DNA of 64,000 nucleotides from Fistulifera solaris (lineage: Eukaryota), in NCBI GenBank assembly GCA_030295235.1, contig AP026124.1, forward strand, positions 496,001 through 560,000. Reading direction: 5' to 3'. This document shows positions 1 to 13,141 of this stretch, piece after piece. The stretch's first letter is position 1, and every line of letters starts with the position of its first letter. The position numbers and the translations under genes were made by a program. The notes beneath the pieces were generated by a model. It did no database searches, had not been told where the DNA came from, and was given only the letters and a program-made list of their open reading frames with translations.

Positions 1-432
1 CATCAACGCCTGTGTTATAAGTTGAATAGGCCGCGGAAACGATCCGTCAAACACGGCAACTTTCCTCTTCGAGTGATGTAAATTGTGCCAGTGTCCATGC
101 TTCTGGTTTTTTGTCGTGGCAGCCACGGGGAGTTTTTCAAGCCACTGCCACAAATCGTTGCAGAAATGGAATGGCAAGAAGGACTCTTTGTAGAAAATAC
201 TACCGGGGTTTTGGCTCGAAACACAATCTGAGAGTCGATTCAATTCAGGAACCTTTAAGGTGTAAAATTCTCCACTCCACTCTGGGAGTTCTTTGGAAGT
301 AGGGCGTCCATCTCTTGGGGAACTCGGTGGTGAGTTATTTTTGGCAATGCTTTCTCGGTTTCTTTGTCGAGCTTTGCGCTTCTCGTCGAGGTAAAGTTTT
401 CTATAGTCAATCGCATCTTCTGTCGGTGCCAT
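1..432 (-). CDS. AlkB-family 2OG-Fe(II) oxygenase, ALKBH6-like (N-terminal part; runs off the window)
   Basis: Open frame not listed in the ORF track, translated by hand from ATG 432: MAPTEDAIDYRKLYLDEKRKARQR...PGSIFYKESFLP...LWQWLEKLP...HWHNLHHSKRKVAVFDGSFPRPIQLITQALM. This resembles the ALKBH6 N-terminus (IYYIPDFI...W..L..RR). Catalytic motifs would lie outside the window. Confidence 0.5.
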   Translation of the reverse strand, partial: MAPTEDAIDYRKLYLDEKRKARQRNRESIAKNNSPPSSPRDGRPTSKELPEWSGEFYTLKVPELNRLSDCVSSQNPGSIFYKESFLPFHFCNDLWQWLEKLPVAATTKNQKHGHWHNLHHSKRKVAVFDGSFPRPIQLITQALM

Positions 433-624
433 AACAGTAAGCTTGCTCCTAAATGGTAGCAGTTTGATAAAGAGCACTTATTGTGCTTTATCGATGTGTT
501 TGGCTCACAAAACATGGCTTATTGCCACGAAGATGATTGATGCACACTGCGAGCTCGGATTTGCTGTTCAATCAAAATCACAATTGAAAGTATTTCCGTC
601 TGTTTTGAAATGTTTGTGAGTCTG

Positions 625-766
625 TGACTTACATGCAGTCGTGGCGAAGTGTCGCCAATCTCCCTTCATTTATTATAGCAAGAAAATTGTCTACGTAGTA
701 CGGAGTAGAAAATTATCGATTCATGTCTGAAATGCAGTCTTGGTAGCTGTGAGACAACACTATTGT
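625..766 (+). repeat. Two dispersed copies of the CATGACTG-N5-CAGTCGTG element (625-648, 720-766)
   Basis: TGACTTACATGCAGTCGTGGCGAA, and TTCATGTCTGAAATGCAGTCTTGG-N11-CAACACTATTGT, which keeps the spacing of the 221-bp unit. Confidence 0.8.
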
Positions 767-1122
767 TTTGCTTCGAGGCTCTTAACGACGCCCTCTTATT
801 ATACGGAGTACTATTTTTACTCCCCCCTGACTGTACTTTATTCTATTTATTGATCAGATAGTAAAGCTTGGAGCGGTGCATCGTGCATCGGATTTCAAAA
901 TTTCATTACAATCATTCAACGGGAGCATTAAAGCGACGAGGGATTATGACTAGCAACCCAGAAATCATTAATGGGGCAACAATTCACATCATAGATGTCA
1001 TTGGTTCCTTGTATAGGCGTCGCTTTGAAGAGATATAAAGTAGCGTTTTGCTTTTAATAGAGGGACACCATCTGCCGAGTGTACTCGGTGCTTCCATCGC
1101 TTGCAATAGTTAAAGCAAGCCT

Positions 1123-2464
1123 TTATCCCAGTGTTCTTCGCGAAGATACGAGACGTATGACCACAGCTACGAGTATTGTTATGAATGCCGTTTTTAACCA
1201 CGGCAGCAAATGACCATCCATTGTTGTGTGTATCGTCCGCAATTCATCTTCCGTCCAAGTAGGATGCGGAGTTTGTAGAGTTCGTTGCCCCGTACTTAGC
1301 ACAGTCTGACCATCCTGATTTCGCACCTTGATTTCTACCGTTGAATTATCCCAATCGATGTGAATGACTCCATAGTTGATGCCAATGTAATAGCTGGAAA
1401 CGGTGTGAGTGGAGTATCAAGCCATAGCTCAGAACCATAAAAAACGCTTACTTTTTGATATTGTTGTGGCGATGACTGGAATACGTGTTCAAGAGAGGCT
1501 CACACAATCCTCCATAAAACGGAGAAGCGCAATCGTGGGTTAAACCCGAACTGGTCACCTCCAAAAACGAATCTTCTTTCATCGCCATCGGGTCGAGAAC
1601 CTCTCCGTGATGCACATCACCCGAAAGAATATAAACCGCAGTCTTTTCTGACATCTGGGATATCAACCGAAACAAGCGGTCTCGTTCCGATGGAAAATGT
1701 CCCCAACCTTCCATCATAGGATTTGTGGATAAGACCTGAATGCTACTGACGATTAGTGTCAGTACACTACCCGATGCCTCGGTTTCTTGCTCAAGCCACT
1801 GCCATTGTTCCTCACCCAATAAAGTGGACTGTGACGGACACAGGCTGGGAAAGAAAGCAGCCGCGAACCACCGCGAAAGACAAGCAAACCCCGACCCCAA
1901 AGGTACTTTCATGGCGACGGAAGGAATACAATGCTGTTCCCGGTGCCAGCGAGTATCTAGAAATAGGACTTTGACCTTTCGAGGTGCACTGCCGACCGTA
2001 AGACTCGAGTAAACGCCATCTCTGTTCTTCATGATTCGGTGGCCCAAAAACTCCCAAAACAAGTCGGCTCGCTCTCTTCGATTCGGTAGTTCTCGCCCCG
2101 CATCGTTGCCTCCATAATCATGATCGTCCCAAGTACCGTAAATACCGAGAGGAGGATGAAAATCTGAGTAGCCCAGCGTAGCGTTTGTTTTCATTTGTTT
2201 GTATTCATACTGCAGCGCGTCGAGTGATGCTTCGGAACGTCCTTTGGTATAAACCGAATCCCCGGTCCAAAAGAAAATTTGTGGTTCCTCTGCCCGGATA
2301 CTAGACCATGTTTTCTGAGCATTTGCGGCATATTTTCGATTGTGACACGAACCAAAGGCTGCTTTCGTAAGAGTGATGTTAGGGAATTCGAAATCGGCGG
2401 CATGTGCTGTTGAGACGCGCGATAGAGCAATCGCAAAAATTATTATGCACCGTAAACGTTTCAT
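1123..2464 (-). CDS. PhoD-like alkaline phosphatase D with signal peptide and C-terminal TM helix; intron ~1394-1451
   Basis: Motifs FGSC, WTGDSVY, TWDDHD, LDTR, LLGEEQWQWL, EGW and LSGDVH. Minus-strand GTAAGC donor at 1451 and TTTCCAG acceptor join to the exon YYIGINYG...AFITILVAVVI. Confidence 0.9.
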
Positions 2465-2769
2465 GGTAAAGCAAAGTGACGGTCCTGCATGGAGAAGTTA
2501 ATTATAAAACATCGACGAAATTATTACCATGGTTATGGACGACAACAAAGAGATGCAACTGTAAAAAATGGGGCATCTGCATCTTCAGGTTTCATACGTT
2601 TTACTCGTGACCCAATACGATACGAGACTGCATTCAAAGCCAACCAATTTTTTTGCATGTTCTTTTCAATTTTTTCATGCTATGTATGATGTTCTATTCT
2701 GACGAGTTTCTATCGTACGTTCCTGCTACGTAACCCCTTCCTTCCTTAGATACCACAGATTGCTGCACC

Positions 2770-4462
2770 ATGGTTTCTAATTCATCCCCAAAGGCGTCCG
2801 CAAAGACGTCAACGAAGCGGCCCGCACAAGGCAAACCGAACGCATCGAACAAAAAGGCAAAGACCACAACCACGGCACCTCCTCGTCAGCGCCGCCACGC
2901 GGATGTTGTGGAAGAAGCCAAAGTTCTGTGGAACAAATTGCGTGTGAAAACAAACACACCCAAGCAGACGCGGGAACTTCTCGATCAACTCATTCCTTTG
3001 ATCCAGAACAAGGCCTGTCAGATTGCTTTGCAACATGATGCCAGCCGTGTCGTGCAAGCCGTATTTCAGTTTGGTAGTCCCGAAGAGCGAGCTTCGTTAC
3101 TCAAAGAATTACTAGAGGACGGCACTACATTCCTGGAATTATGCAAAAGCCAATATGCTCACTTCTTAGTTTTGAAGGTCATCAAATACTGTCACAAGGA
3201 ACATGCCGAACAAATTCTCAAGGCGTTTCGCGGACACATGTCGAAATTGGCGGTACATGCGGTGGGAGCGCGGGTGTTGGAATCGTTGTTTACCACATTT
3301 ACGTCAAAACAGACGGCTTTTTTTGAAGCAAGAGTTTTACGGTCCCCACGTTACGATCTTTGCCTCTGAACAGTCGGCCTTGGAGGAGGCGCCAACACTA
3401 CGAAAAAACATTGAGAAACTTCCCGAGAAAAAGGACAAAACCATTGCAGCTATTGGGAGCTTGGTGAATAAAGGAGCAAAGAAGATGCTGTGCGGATTAA
3501 CATTCTTTCAAGAACTGATGTTCGAGTATCTATCGGAGGTGGATCCGAAGGAGATTCGTGCATTTGCTGCCACAGCTGAAATAGTCCATTTAACCTCCAG
3601 TCGACCTGGGGCACAAGCGGGGGCTTTACTCGTTTCGTATGGAACTGCCAAAGATCGAAAGCGAATGTTAAAGAGTCTCAAAGGGTTTACTCGGTCGGCA
3701 CTGTTGCATCCCGATGCCTACTTGATGATTATTCGTCTGGTGGAACTCACCGACGACACCGTTTCCGTACAGAAGAACCTTCTCAATGAGCTAGTAACTG
3801 CCCCTCCCGAATCGGAAAACCAAGACTCACCTCTGCTAGAGTTGGCTGTCGGGATCAACTCTAGCAAATTGTTTCGGATGCTTCTTGCCCCAGAAAGCCG
3901 CCAGAAGTTGTTTGATCCTTTTGAACACTCCGTTTTGTTTGAAAATCCGAAAATAAAAGAAGACGGTGAGGACGTGCCGACTTGTAAGAAAGAAGCTTCT
4001 CTTCGAAGACAAGAGTTGCTGAAATTCTTGCGGGAGCCTTTGGAGCAGCTTTGTACGAAACACGCTTTGGCTTTGATGAATTCGCAACCTGGATCATATG
4101 TTTTAAGGGATGTCTACGCGGCGTTCCGTTCCAACGAAGTTGCCAAAGCTGCAGTAGAGGTATGCCGTCAGGAGAGCTCAATTCTGGATGATTTTTACGG
4201 TCATTTGTCTATCAAAAATATAATCTTGTCGGATCTGGGCGACTCCGAAGCTCTATTTTCGACAATGTTCATTGAAGCCTTTTCGGATGATCTTATCAAG
4301 GTCTGCGAGACGAACCGAGGGGCTTTTATTGTGGAGGCTCTATGTAAAGTACCCACCATTCAGACACTTGTGAAGAAGAAAATCGACAAGAAGAAAATCC
4401 AACAGAAACTGCAAGGTAAAGGCTCAATAGCTGGGTTCAAAGCTCTCCTAGCAGTGCTTTAA
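2770..4462 (+). CDS. PUM3: Pumilio-homology ribosome biogenesis protein (PUM3/Puf6/Penguin); +1 frameshift at T7 run 3318-3324
   Basis: Motifs LWNKLR, HDASRVVQ, SQYAHFLVLK, QEFYG and YGTAKDRKRMLKSLK, plus a CPL-like C-terminus. Two overlapping ORFs join on removing one T. Confidence 0.85.
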
Positions 4463-4797
4463 TTGATTAATCTAGGTTCTAGGTTAAGTGTGTAACATCA
4501 GTGGGATATTATAGGGGTTAGGCGGAAAGCCATACTCAAGCTAGGTGCGAGAGATTTCATAGCATGGCTTGGTGGTAAGACGGCGGACCTACAGACGGTA
4601 CTACCCATAACCTTAATTTGCGCGACAACAGAGCGAGATTGAAGTTCAAGATGAAATTTATTCCACGCGAAATAAGCGAACGACGGAACGTTCGACCCAC
4701 CACGGTTGATTTCGTTTTCTTTGAGAAAAAATAAGAAAAAGATTTCACAAGGTGAACAATTACAACCCACAAGAGCGATACAGAATAACAGAAGAAA

Positions 4798-5655
4798 ATG
4801 AATCGAACAAGATCGCTGACATTCTTTGCGGCCTTTGCTGCAGCGCTTTCGTCCTCGATGGCTTTCTTGCCTTCGACAAACTCCAATCGAATGCAGGTAC
4901 AGCTGCTGCACTCATCGTCTACCTCTTCCACCACCTCCTTTATCGAAAATGAGCTCCGAGGAGCAGCAATGAGACTTCATACTCGACAACAGGCACCAAA
5001 AGAAGGGCAGGCTCCGGCGAAAAAGATGGAACCGTACACACCCACCAGAGCCGATTATTTGCAATTTCTCATTGATTCCCAGCATGTGTACAAAGCATTT
5101 GAAAGTTTTGTCAACGAAAGACCAGAACTCGAAGCATTTCGTAACACGGGTTTGGAACGAGTTGCTCCGTTGGAGACGGACATTACCTTTATGTGTAATG
5201 AATATGGCCTGACGCGGACCGAAGTTGGTCAACCCGGATTAAAATACGCTGAAATGATCCGAGGAATTCAATCGATCCCAGAATTCATGTGTCACTATTA
5301 CAACTTTTACTTTGCACACACTGCAGGAGGAAGAATGATCGGAAAGCAAATGAGCGCCCTCCTTCTCGACAAGAAGACACTCGAATTCTACAAGGTACTT
5401 ACGTCGATTGTTATTGTTGTTGCAATCTGCTTCCGGTGAACTACATCTGATTTAATTTTTTCTAACTTCAACCTCTCCTTTTAGTGGGATGGAGACTTGA
5501 ATCAAATCAAAGCGCGCGTGAAGGAAAGTATTGAAAACATGGCTGCGCATTGGTCAGAAAAAGAAAAGCAAGAATGTGTCGATGCTACAGCGGCTGCATT
5601 CCAAGGAGGGGGCGGGGTCAACTCCCATCTTTCAGGGGGACAGTCGCCGCATTAG
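4798..5655 (+). CDS. Plastid-targeted heme oxygenase (plant/algal HY1-type); intron 5395-5484
   Basis: Bipartite presequence (SSMA-FLP), AMRLHTRQQA and HYYNFYFAHTAGGRMIG. LEFYK|WDGD joins across a GT-AG intron; stop TAG at 5653-5655. Confidence 0.92.
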
Positions 5656-6116
5656 ATATTTATTTCGTACGTGCCGCATTGGTTAGCATATTCAATATCA
5701 TTACAGCATTCGAGAAAAGAGCTACCAGGTACTTGTTCTATTCTAGATTTTTTATTATTGCTTCATAAGTCGTTGCTAGTACTATGCTTTTCTACTCGAT
5801 CTAGATGAGTGTTTTATTTGGTTGATCTTGGCTACAGCAGCGGCAGAGAGATGACAAAGACACCTCCAACTTTGTGAGTTGTGATTGTGACGTCAGTCCT
5901 ACCTTTTGGGTCGACCTGCTACCTGCTGTTTCTCTTAGTGTAAATGAGATACTGTAACGACATCCGTGATGAACAGTATCGATACGAGCAAAGTGACGCA
6001 ATGGTGACGAAGCACGGTCGCTTTTGGGTCGGACAAATCAAACGGCACACACCTTGGCACACACCACCAGCGACGCTGCGTGCTGTAGCCCGATGCATTA
6101 CAGTTGCAACGTGACC

Positions 6117-7356
6117 ATGGCGCCTCTTAGCAAATTCATCGCGACGCGAGTGTCGCCCCGCGTCTTTGGATTGTAAGTTAGTTGATATTGTTTTGCGCGA
6201 CGTAAAGACTTGGCGGATTTGAATACGGAAAACGCCGACCTCTTTTAGATCGAGACCAATTGGTGCCGATCATCCGCTACTCGAAAAATCCTTCGCTTTG
6301 CATTATGATCGTCAACAACAATGTTGATGTTACAAGCATCTCAAAATTTTCGTTCTTGTTTCGCAGGTTAGCGCAACAGTCACGTGGTATGGCTACGGAA
6401 AAGCAAAGTAAGTGTCGATTAATTTATTTCGTACGAGGGGAGGAAGAGTAGAAGAACCCTTGCATCGGTGCTGTTTCAACGGATTTCTCATATAATTATA
6501 ATTATTATCACTCTTTCTCAGTTCTCAACCAGATCAATGCCACGAAGAATATCAAAAAGATCACCAGTTCCATGAAAATGGTGTCCGCAGCCAAGTTGAA
6601 GGGCGATGAGAACAGGCTTGCGGTGGCTGATCCGTTTAACGCTTGGACCTACAACTTGACGTCAGAACCCATGCTTCTCGAGGACGCAACCTTTGAGGGG
6701 CTACCGCAAAGGTACTCATCGTGCCTTTCACCACGGATAAAGGTCTTTGCGGTGGTGTGAACTCTTTCATCTCTCGTGGTGTTAGAGACATGATCAAGAA
6801 AATCAAGGAAGACGGCAAAGATGCCGATGTCGTTGTTGTCGGAGACAAGGGCCGATCGCAGATGAATCGTTCGGTGGGTCAGCACATTACCCGCTCCTTG
6901 ACGGAAGTGCTTTCTCCAGGAACGTTTGGACTAGCATCTTGCTTGGCACAGGAGATCATCGCCGCTGGATATGAAGATTATGATGCTGTTGTGCTGGTAT
7001 ACAACTCATACGTCAACGCTGCTGTATACAAGCAGATGTACAAGGTCATCAAAAAGTTGAAAACTGAAGCGGAAGGCGGAGAAGAAATGTTGATGGGTGA
7101 ATATGAATTCGATGCCGATAAGGAGGAATTTGTTTCGGACTTGAATGAGTTTGTGCTTGCGTCGCAGATCTTCCATTCTTTCATGGACGGAGCCGCTGCC
7201 GAGCAATCTTCTCGAATGACTGCCATGGAGAACGCCTCAAAGAATGCTGGAGAGTTGATTGATAAGTTGACCTTACGATACAATCGAGCCCGTCAGGCTC
7301 GTATTACCACCGAGCTCATTGAGATTATTTCTGGAGCTTCTGCTCTTGAAGGCTAG
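6117..7356 (+). CDS. ATP3: Mitochondrial F1 ATP synthase gamma subunit; two introns (~6173-6366, ~6408-6521) and one frameshift near 6708
   Basis: RGMATEKQ, KNIKKITSSMKMVSAAKL, TDKGLCGGVNS and EQSSRMTAMENASKNAGELIDKLTLRYNRARQARITTELIEIISGASAL. Confidence 0.95.
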
Positions 7357-7934
7357 AGTACCGGTAGCTTAACAATCGTGTAATGCCAAAATTACCCTTT
7401 TTCTTTCTCTTCTTCTTGTAATCCATTTATAGAAAGCATAAGAACCGACAGAGGAGCTGACCAATTTCATCACTCACTAGAGCCTTAATAAAAAGCTGAT
7501 GACAAAATAAGTACTGAACTACAATGGGCAAAACTATAGAAATTGGGTCTTAATTGCTCCGTCAAAGGGATGTATGTTGATTGATGATAGAAGTCTGCCA
7601 CCACCGTTTCCAAAATGATGTCAAAGTGATGCGCATATTAAAAGCCTCCTTTCTAAGGAACATAAGTCCACCGCGAACCACGATACGTCTTATACATCAT
7701 TAAGTGAAGGGCAATTGGTTTTATTTTTTCACAAAACACTGAACCACTTCCTTGTGCTTGGACGTTTACGAGACGCAAGCGTAGGTATGATCAGACCATT
7801 GGCTGCGTATTCATGAGAGGAACGCTAGTCGAAATCTGGAAGTGGAAGAATGTGCGCGAACCAATCCATCCGTATCCACGGGCGAGAAGTAAATTGAAGC
7901 AATGAGCCTGGTTGTCAAAACTTTTGGTGATCAC

Positions 7935-8735
7935 TTAAAGAATCAGCATCCTTGTTTCGCAAGGAATGCAAATAGCAAACAGGTGCATCGCTTCATTGGG
8001 TGGACACGGTCCCATTTGAAAAGATAGTTGTTGCGAGCAATAAACAGCGTGTTGCTCGTAAGCTTCTTGCAGGCGGCCTTTGAAACTCAGTAGTGTCAAA
8101 CCAAGCTGATTGGGTATGTTCAAGTCGCACGATGAGTCCATCGTGTTAGGGCATACGATTGCGCCAAATGGTTCTTGTCTCAAAAATGTATCCGTACAAA
8201 GAGGGCACAGAACTCCGTCATCGAGATCAGATCCATCTATATCTGCATGCTGTTGATATTCTAATATTCTCTCTTCCAACTCACGCTCTTCAACGTCCGC
8301 TAATGCAAGCATCTGTTCATAGTCGTCTAAATCAGCGACATCCATTTCCATTTCAAGCTCAGCCAGTAACTCGAATAATTCTTCCTCGCTTATAAAGTGA
8401 TGTGCTGCTGGGGGCAAAGAATCTGTCGACACCATTGGTGAGGTTTCGGGGTCCTCTCCTATCATGATCGCCCTTATGTTCTCTGTATGCGTGAGACGTG
8501 GCTGTTTGTGATCGATGCATGGGGAGTCGACAATTACACCAAGATCCATCATTTCCTCTTCTAATATCTTGCGCACAGCGGACATACCCGAAGAGCTTGT
8601 GAGCACCCCGTTCGGTGACTTCTTTTTCCCTTTTAATCGAGCGAGGCATCCTTGCCGCAGCTTTTCCTTCCAGATTTTTGAGGAAACCGGCATTCGTTTC
8701 GAGTGCACCGATCCATTTTCTGATTTCGGAGGCAT
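7935..8735 (-). CDS. RPA-interacting protein (RPAIN/RIP)-like
   Basis: N-terminal WKEKLRQGCLARLK, acidic middle region and a C-terminal Zn finger (VLCPLC...C...C...H...C...CxxC). Confidence 0.75.
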   Translation of the reverse strand: MPPKSENGSVHSKRMPVSSKIWKEKLRQGCLARLKGKKKSPNGVLTSSSGMSAVRKILEEEMMDLGVIVDSPCIDHKQPRLTHTENIRAIMIGEDPETSPMVSTDSLPPAAHHFISEEELFELLAELEMEMDVADLDDYEQMLALADVEERELEERILEYQQHADIDGSDLDDGVLCPLCTDTFLRQEPFGAIVCPNTMDSSCDLNIPNQLGLTLLSFKGRLQEAYEQHAVYCSQQLSFQMGPCPPNEAMHLFAICIPCETRMLIL

Positions 8736-9088
8736 GACAATGCGCAAACTCTCAAGTATATCCACAGTGCAAATTTCTTTTTGAGCATGACGCAATTTGG
8801 CCGTCAAGTGTTTCTCGGCAAATTGACTTCGTTTTTGCAATGAGCATGATAAACAAAAAGTCGCGTGTGTGCGGTCGCCTAACTTTTTTCGAGCGGACCA
8901 TACCATGATGTTATGTTATGTTAGTTGGTGGACCCAATTGGAACGTCCGTCGTCAGGATTACATAGGAAATTATCGAACCGTAGCGACATTTTATCCAAA
9001 AGGTCTCTCGTTTCGACCAATCAGATGAGTAATTCTAACCGCTCTCTAGCCAAACAGATGGCTAGTTCCAATTGCATTTCACTTTTCA

Positions 9089-10069
9089 AAAAATATGTAT
9101 TCATGACTGAAGTGCAGTCGTGGCGAAAAACGGTCAACACTATTGTCTATAGTAAATACGCAGACAACGTTTCGCAAGGCTTTTCGACATACAAATATTA
9201 AGGCGTGTAGCGCAAACGCCGCCAAAGCCTATTTCACTGCAATAACGACAAATAATGGTGTCGAAAAAATCTGCTAAGCGATCTTCTTGTAGGCAGCATT
9301 GTCGCTCCCAAAAATATGTATTCATGACTGAAATGCAGTCGTGGCGAAAAACGGTCAACACTATTGTCTATAGTAAATACGCAGACAACGTTTCGCAAGG
9401 CTTTTCGACATACAAATATTAAGGCGTGTAGCGCAAACGCCGCCAAAGCCTATTTCACTGCAATAACGACAAATAATGGTGTCGAAAAAATCTGCTAAGC
9501 GATCTTCTTGTAGGCAGCATTGTCGCTCCCAAAAATATGTATTCATGACTGAAATGCAGTCGTGGCGAAAAACGGTCAACACTATTGTCTATAGTAAATA
9601 CGCAGACAACGTTTCGCAAGGCTTTTCGACATACAAATATTAAGGCGTGTAGCGCAAACGCCGCCAAAGCCTATTTCACTGCAATAACGACAAATAATGG
9701 TGTCGAAAAAATCTGCTAAGCGATCTTCTTGTAGGCAGCATTGTCGCTCCCAAAAATATGTATTCATGACTGAAGTGCAGTCGTGGCGAAAAACGGTCAA
9801 CACTATTGTCTATAGTAAATACGCAGACAACGTTTCGCAAGGCTTTTCGACATACAAATATTAAGGCGTGTAGCGCAAACGCCGCCAAAGCCTATTTCAC
9901 TGCAATAACGACAAATAATGGTGTCGAAAAAATCTGCTAAGCGATCTTCTTGTAGGCAGCATTGTCGCTCCCAAAAATATGTATTCATGACTGAAATGCA
10001 GTCGTGGCGAAAAACGGTCAACACTATTGTCTATAGTAAATACGCAGACAACGTTTCGCAAGGCTTTTC
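9089..10069. repeat. Tandem array of ~4.4 near-identical 221-bp units
   Basis: TCATGACTGA recurs at 9101, 9322, 9543, 9764 and 9985. The only difference I see between units is GAAGTG/GAAATG. Confidence 0.98.
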
Positions 10070-10990
10070 AAGCTATTCATAAAAGGATGGGTTTGCTAAG
10101 TGACTATCGTCGTGGCAGAGCGTGATTTTTACCAGCTCAAACGGCGGCTTGATTTTTGGGCGTTGTGGGACATAGCTTTTCTGTAGTAGCTACAGATGCG
10201 AGACGAGTGGGAGATGGAGAATACGATGGGCGGATCTACCAACCCAACTTCAAGGTCTAACGCGGATCATTCAAGCCACGTCTATAAGATCTTGAAATAG
10301 CATGTCAACAGTATTCCCGGCGAAAGTTTTACTCTGGGACGCTCTGTGGACAATGATCCTGAAGTACAGCGCAAGCGATTCTGTTAACTCTTGGAAACCA
10401 AGCTGGATGGACATGGACCAGAGCCTGACTTTGAATCTGATTTCAAAGATGACTAGTGCAAGTTAAGGTGGTCAGGTCCTAGCTTTTTGGCATTGGTTGT
10501 CACGACAAGAGTGGTAATATGCGTAAAATATTTCACGATGATCGTATCATGTCTGGTCGTTCTGGTCACAGGAATGAGAGATATAATCACAGAGAGGAGG
10601 ATGAATATGACAACGAGTTCGACGACGAGTATTTGTGTGAAGTCAAAAGCACTGAAAACAACCCCACCATCGTAGCAGCATATAAGTACAACCATTGTTA
10701 GCAATCCGACTCACGCTATGGTCTTAGTGACTACATATAGTATCCCTTTCGCCTTCTTATTCATCCAAACATCCCAAGTCCACTTGGTTTGGTCACTCAC
10801 AGGCGATGTATTCATCTACTAGATTCTGAACCGTTTCTCAAACCATGGTTCTCTTCGATCATTTTCCAAGGACGCGTTCCTGTTTCTGATTCTATCGTAT
10901 TGTTTAAGTAATCGGTAAAGGGTGTCGGCCGGCGGTACCTGGTACATTCAACTATATTCTATTATCCTGCAGCACTATAATAAAGAGGTT

Positions 10991-12584
10991 TTATTTCTTC
11001 GGCTTTCTTGTGCTGGCGAATGATCGTTCTGCTTCTTCGCGCGTTGGTACATTTGAGCCTAGCTCCCATGCTATTCGAAGCCATGCAATGGAGACAAAAC
11101 TGCTGAGTATTGAGGTTTCTTGTAAACCGATATTTCCCATTGATGATGTCAAAGCGGACAGGACCAACGACATTCTAAGGTAAGCAATATAGTAAGAAGC
11201 CTGTGGGCAAAAGGGGCTGTGACGTTGATAGCATGCACACTTACAATGATTTCCCGAATCGGTAACCAAAGACACCGATCAGTTCCTTCCCTAAAAATCT
11301 GGATTCAAAATCTAGCGGGACAAACAACATTTCATCCAACAGTCTTCGCACAGAATACTCTGTAACTTTCATCGCCAAGAAAGATGCACTGACAATCGCC
11401 AGAGAAGGGTTCTTCTGCGTTGCTTGGAACGAAGTAAACAAGAACGTCAGAACAGGCATGGCTCGCCAGAGATCCCGTGCTTCAATCGATTGTATCAAAG
11501 AAGGAAGCGCCCCAAACTGGATGACCATTGTGAGCAAGTTGATTGCGGAGAAGAACACTCCAACATATCCAGCACGCTTCGTGTCATTCGGTATGGCAGT
11601 GCTCAGGGCGGCCACAAAGCTGATATTGAGAATTGTCGCCATGGCCTGACTCGCGAGTACTTCGAAGAAAAGAAGACGCAGTAAAGGAACACGTTCAAAG
11701 AGTGACACCATCTTTTCCACCGTTCCTACACCATGAGACGTTTTGGACGGTGCCTTTGTTTTCGGTTGAGACGATTCGGTCGTATCTTTCGGTTCAAAGC
11801 CGTATTTTCTAGCCACATCATACGCCGATGACGACAGCAGTAAACTGATGATGAGCGTGACCGCCGTACCCATGAGTGCCCCCGACAAGCCCACACGTTG
11901 AACGACGGGCGTGACGAGGAATCCTGAAAGGGCACTGGTCAAACTGGTGAGGCCCGCAATGGGGCCAAACCATTTTTCGGACTGAGATGGATTTAATATC
12001 GAAGCCATAAACGACCAGTATTGTGACGTCAACAACTGGACGTAGGCCTCCCGAAACACAAAAAGCGGAGCTGTAATGAATTTGACCAGCGGAATACCTT
12101 GATACATAAGTTGAAAGTGATGACAGTAGGCAATCAACACGGCCGATAGTGCTATGGCAATGGAGCAGAATGACGTTGTTTGTATCATGGTCCGTCGAGC
12201 ACCATGTTTGTCCAATACATGGGTGTACCCCATCAGAAGCAACAGAGATAGCGGACTCACAAACGCCATGGCGAAAGGGAAGGCCCCTGCCACTCCAGCA
12301 TACCCTGAGGAAGCCGAAGTGAACAAGGCTACTGTAACGGGTCGGGCCAATGAGTATCCGAGATAATGAAATGACATGGCAATGGCCATACATAGAACAG
12401 CTTTTCCTTCCGGTGTCAAACCGAAAAGTCCTTTTTCTGGAGATAATTGTGTATCAGAAGCAAAAGAAGATGTCAGCTGTATTGCTGAAGACGCTAGGCC
12501 CAAAGTAGCTCCTCCTCGAGGGAGTGATAACAGCTTTTGCATCGAAGGCATTGCAGAAATAACGTGAGTATGAGTTCGGGGCAT
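10991..12584 (-). CDS. TLC/NTT-family nucleotide (ATP/ADP) transporter-like MFS protein; intron ~11176-11244
   Basis: About 12 hydrophobic segments; motifs SQYWSF, YSVRRLLDEMLFVPLDFESRFLGKELIGVFGYRFGKS. Last exon MSLVLSAL...KPKK*. Confidence 0.75.
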
Positions 12585-13141
12585 CTTTTCTACAGGCCAG
12601 GCGAGCTAAATCGAGAAATTTACAAAAATGAAAGCTCCGCTTCTTCCCTGGTCGTTGAAGTGAGGTTCTGTAATAATAGACAGCGCCGCAATGAATCGGG
12701 AGGGAATGAACACACCAAATTGGTTGTCAAAACGATCCATCATCATTTATTTTGTGGGTGGCTTTGATGGCGCTTCGGCTTTGAATTGATAGAAAAAATT
12801 GAAAATTAACAATGGACAGAAAACAGTGGACCAGACTGTGAAAATCTTTACCGTTCGGATATGTGTAAAAACTGTACTAAGTCCGTCCTTACGGCACACG
12901 GTTGAACGAGACCGTACAAGTGTTATTCGATACTGCAATGAATTGTAGGCTGCAGCTGAACCGGCACTGCTCCGTCAGCACAAAAGATCGCGCGAACCGC
13001 GCCGCGATCTGGTTGAACCTTTCAGCTCGCGATCCAACTTCGGCTGCTCTCGTTCGTTGTGAGCTTTTGTTCGAATGCACCACGCTTTCCTTACGAAAAA
13101 AGTCACTTTCAAGCGGATTGAGAAGACGAATAAAAGCGACC

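Noticed and set aside
3203..3369. Programmed ribosomal frameshifting in PUM3, RIO2 and others
   Set aside because: Shift directions are mixed, there is no common slippery motif, and sequencing error is the simpler explanation.
9100..9130. SECIS element (ATGA...AA...GA) in the palindromic motif
   Set aside because: The helix between ATGA and AA is far too short, and no adjacent gene shows a Sec-type in-frame TGA.
9140..10024. Repeated 70-73 aa minus-strand ORFs
   Set aside because: These are translations of the 221-bp unit with non-ATG starts and no recognisable domain.
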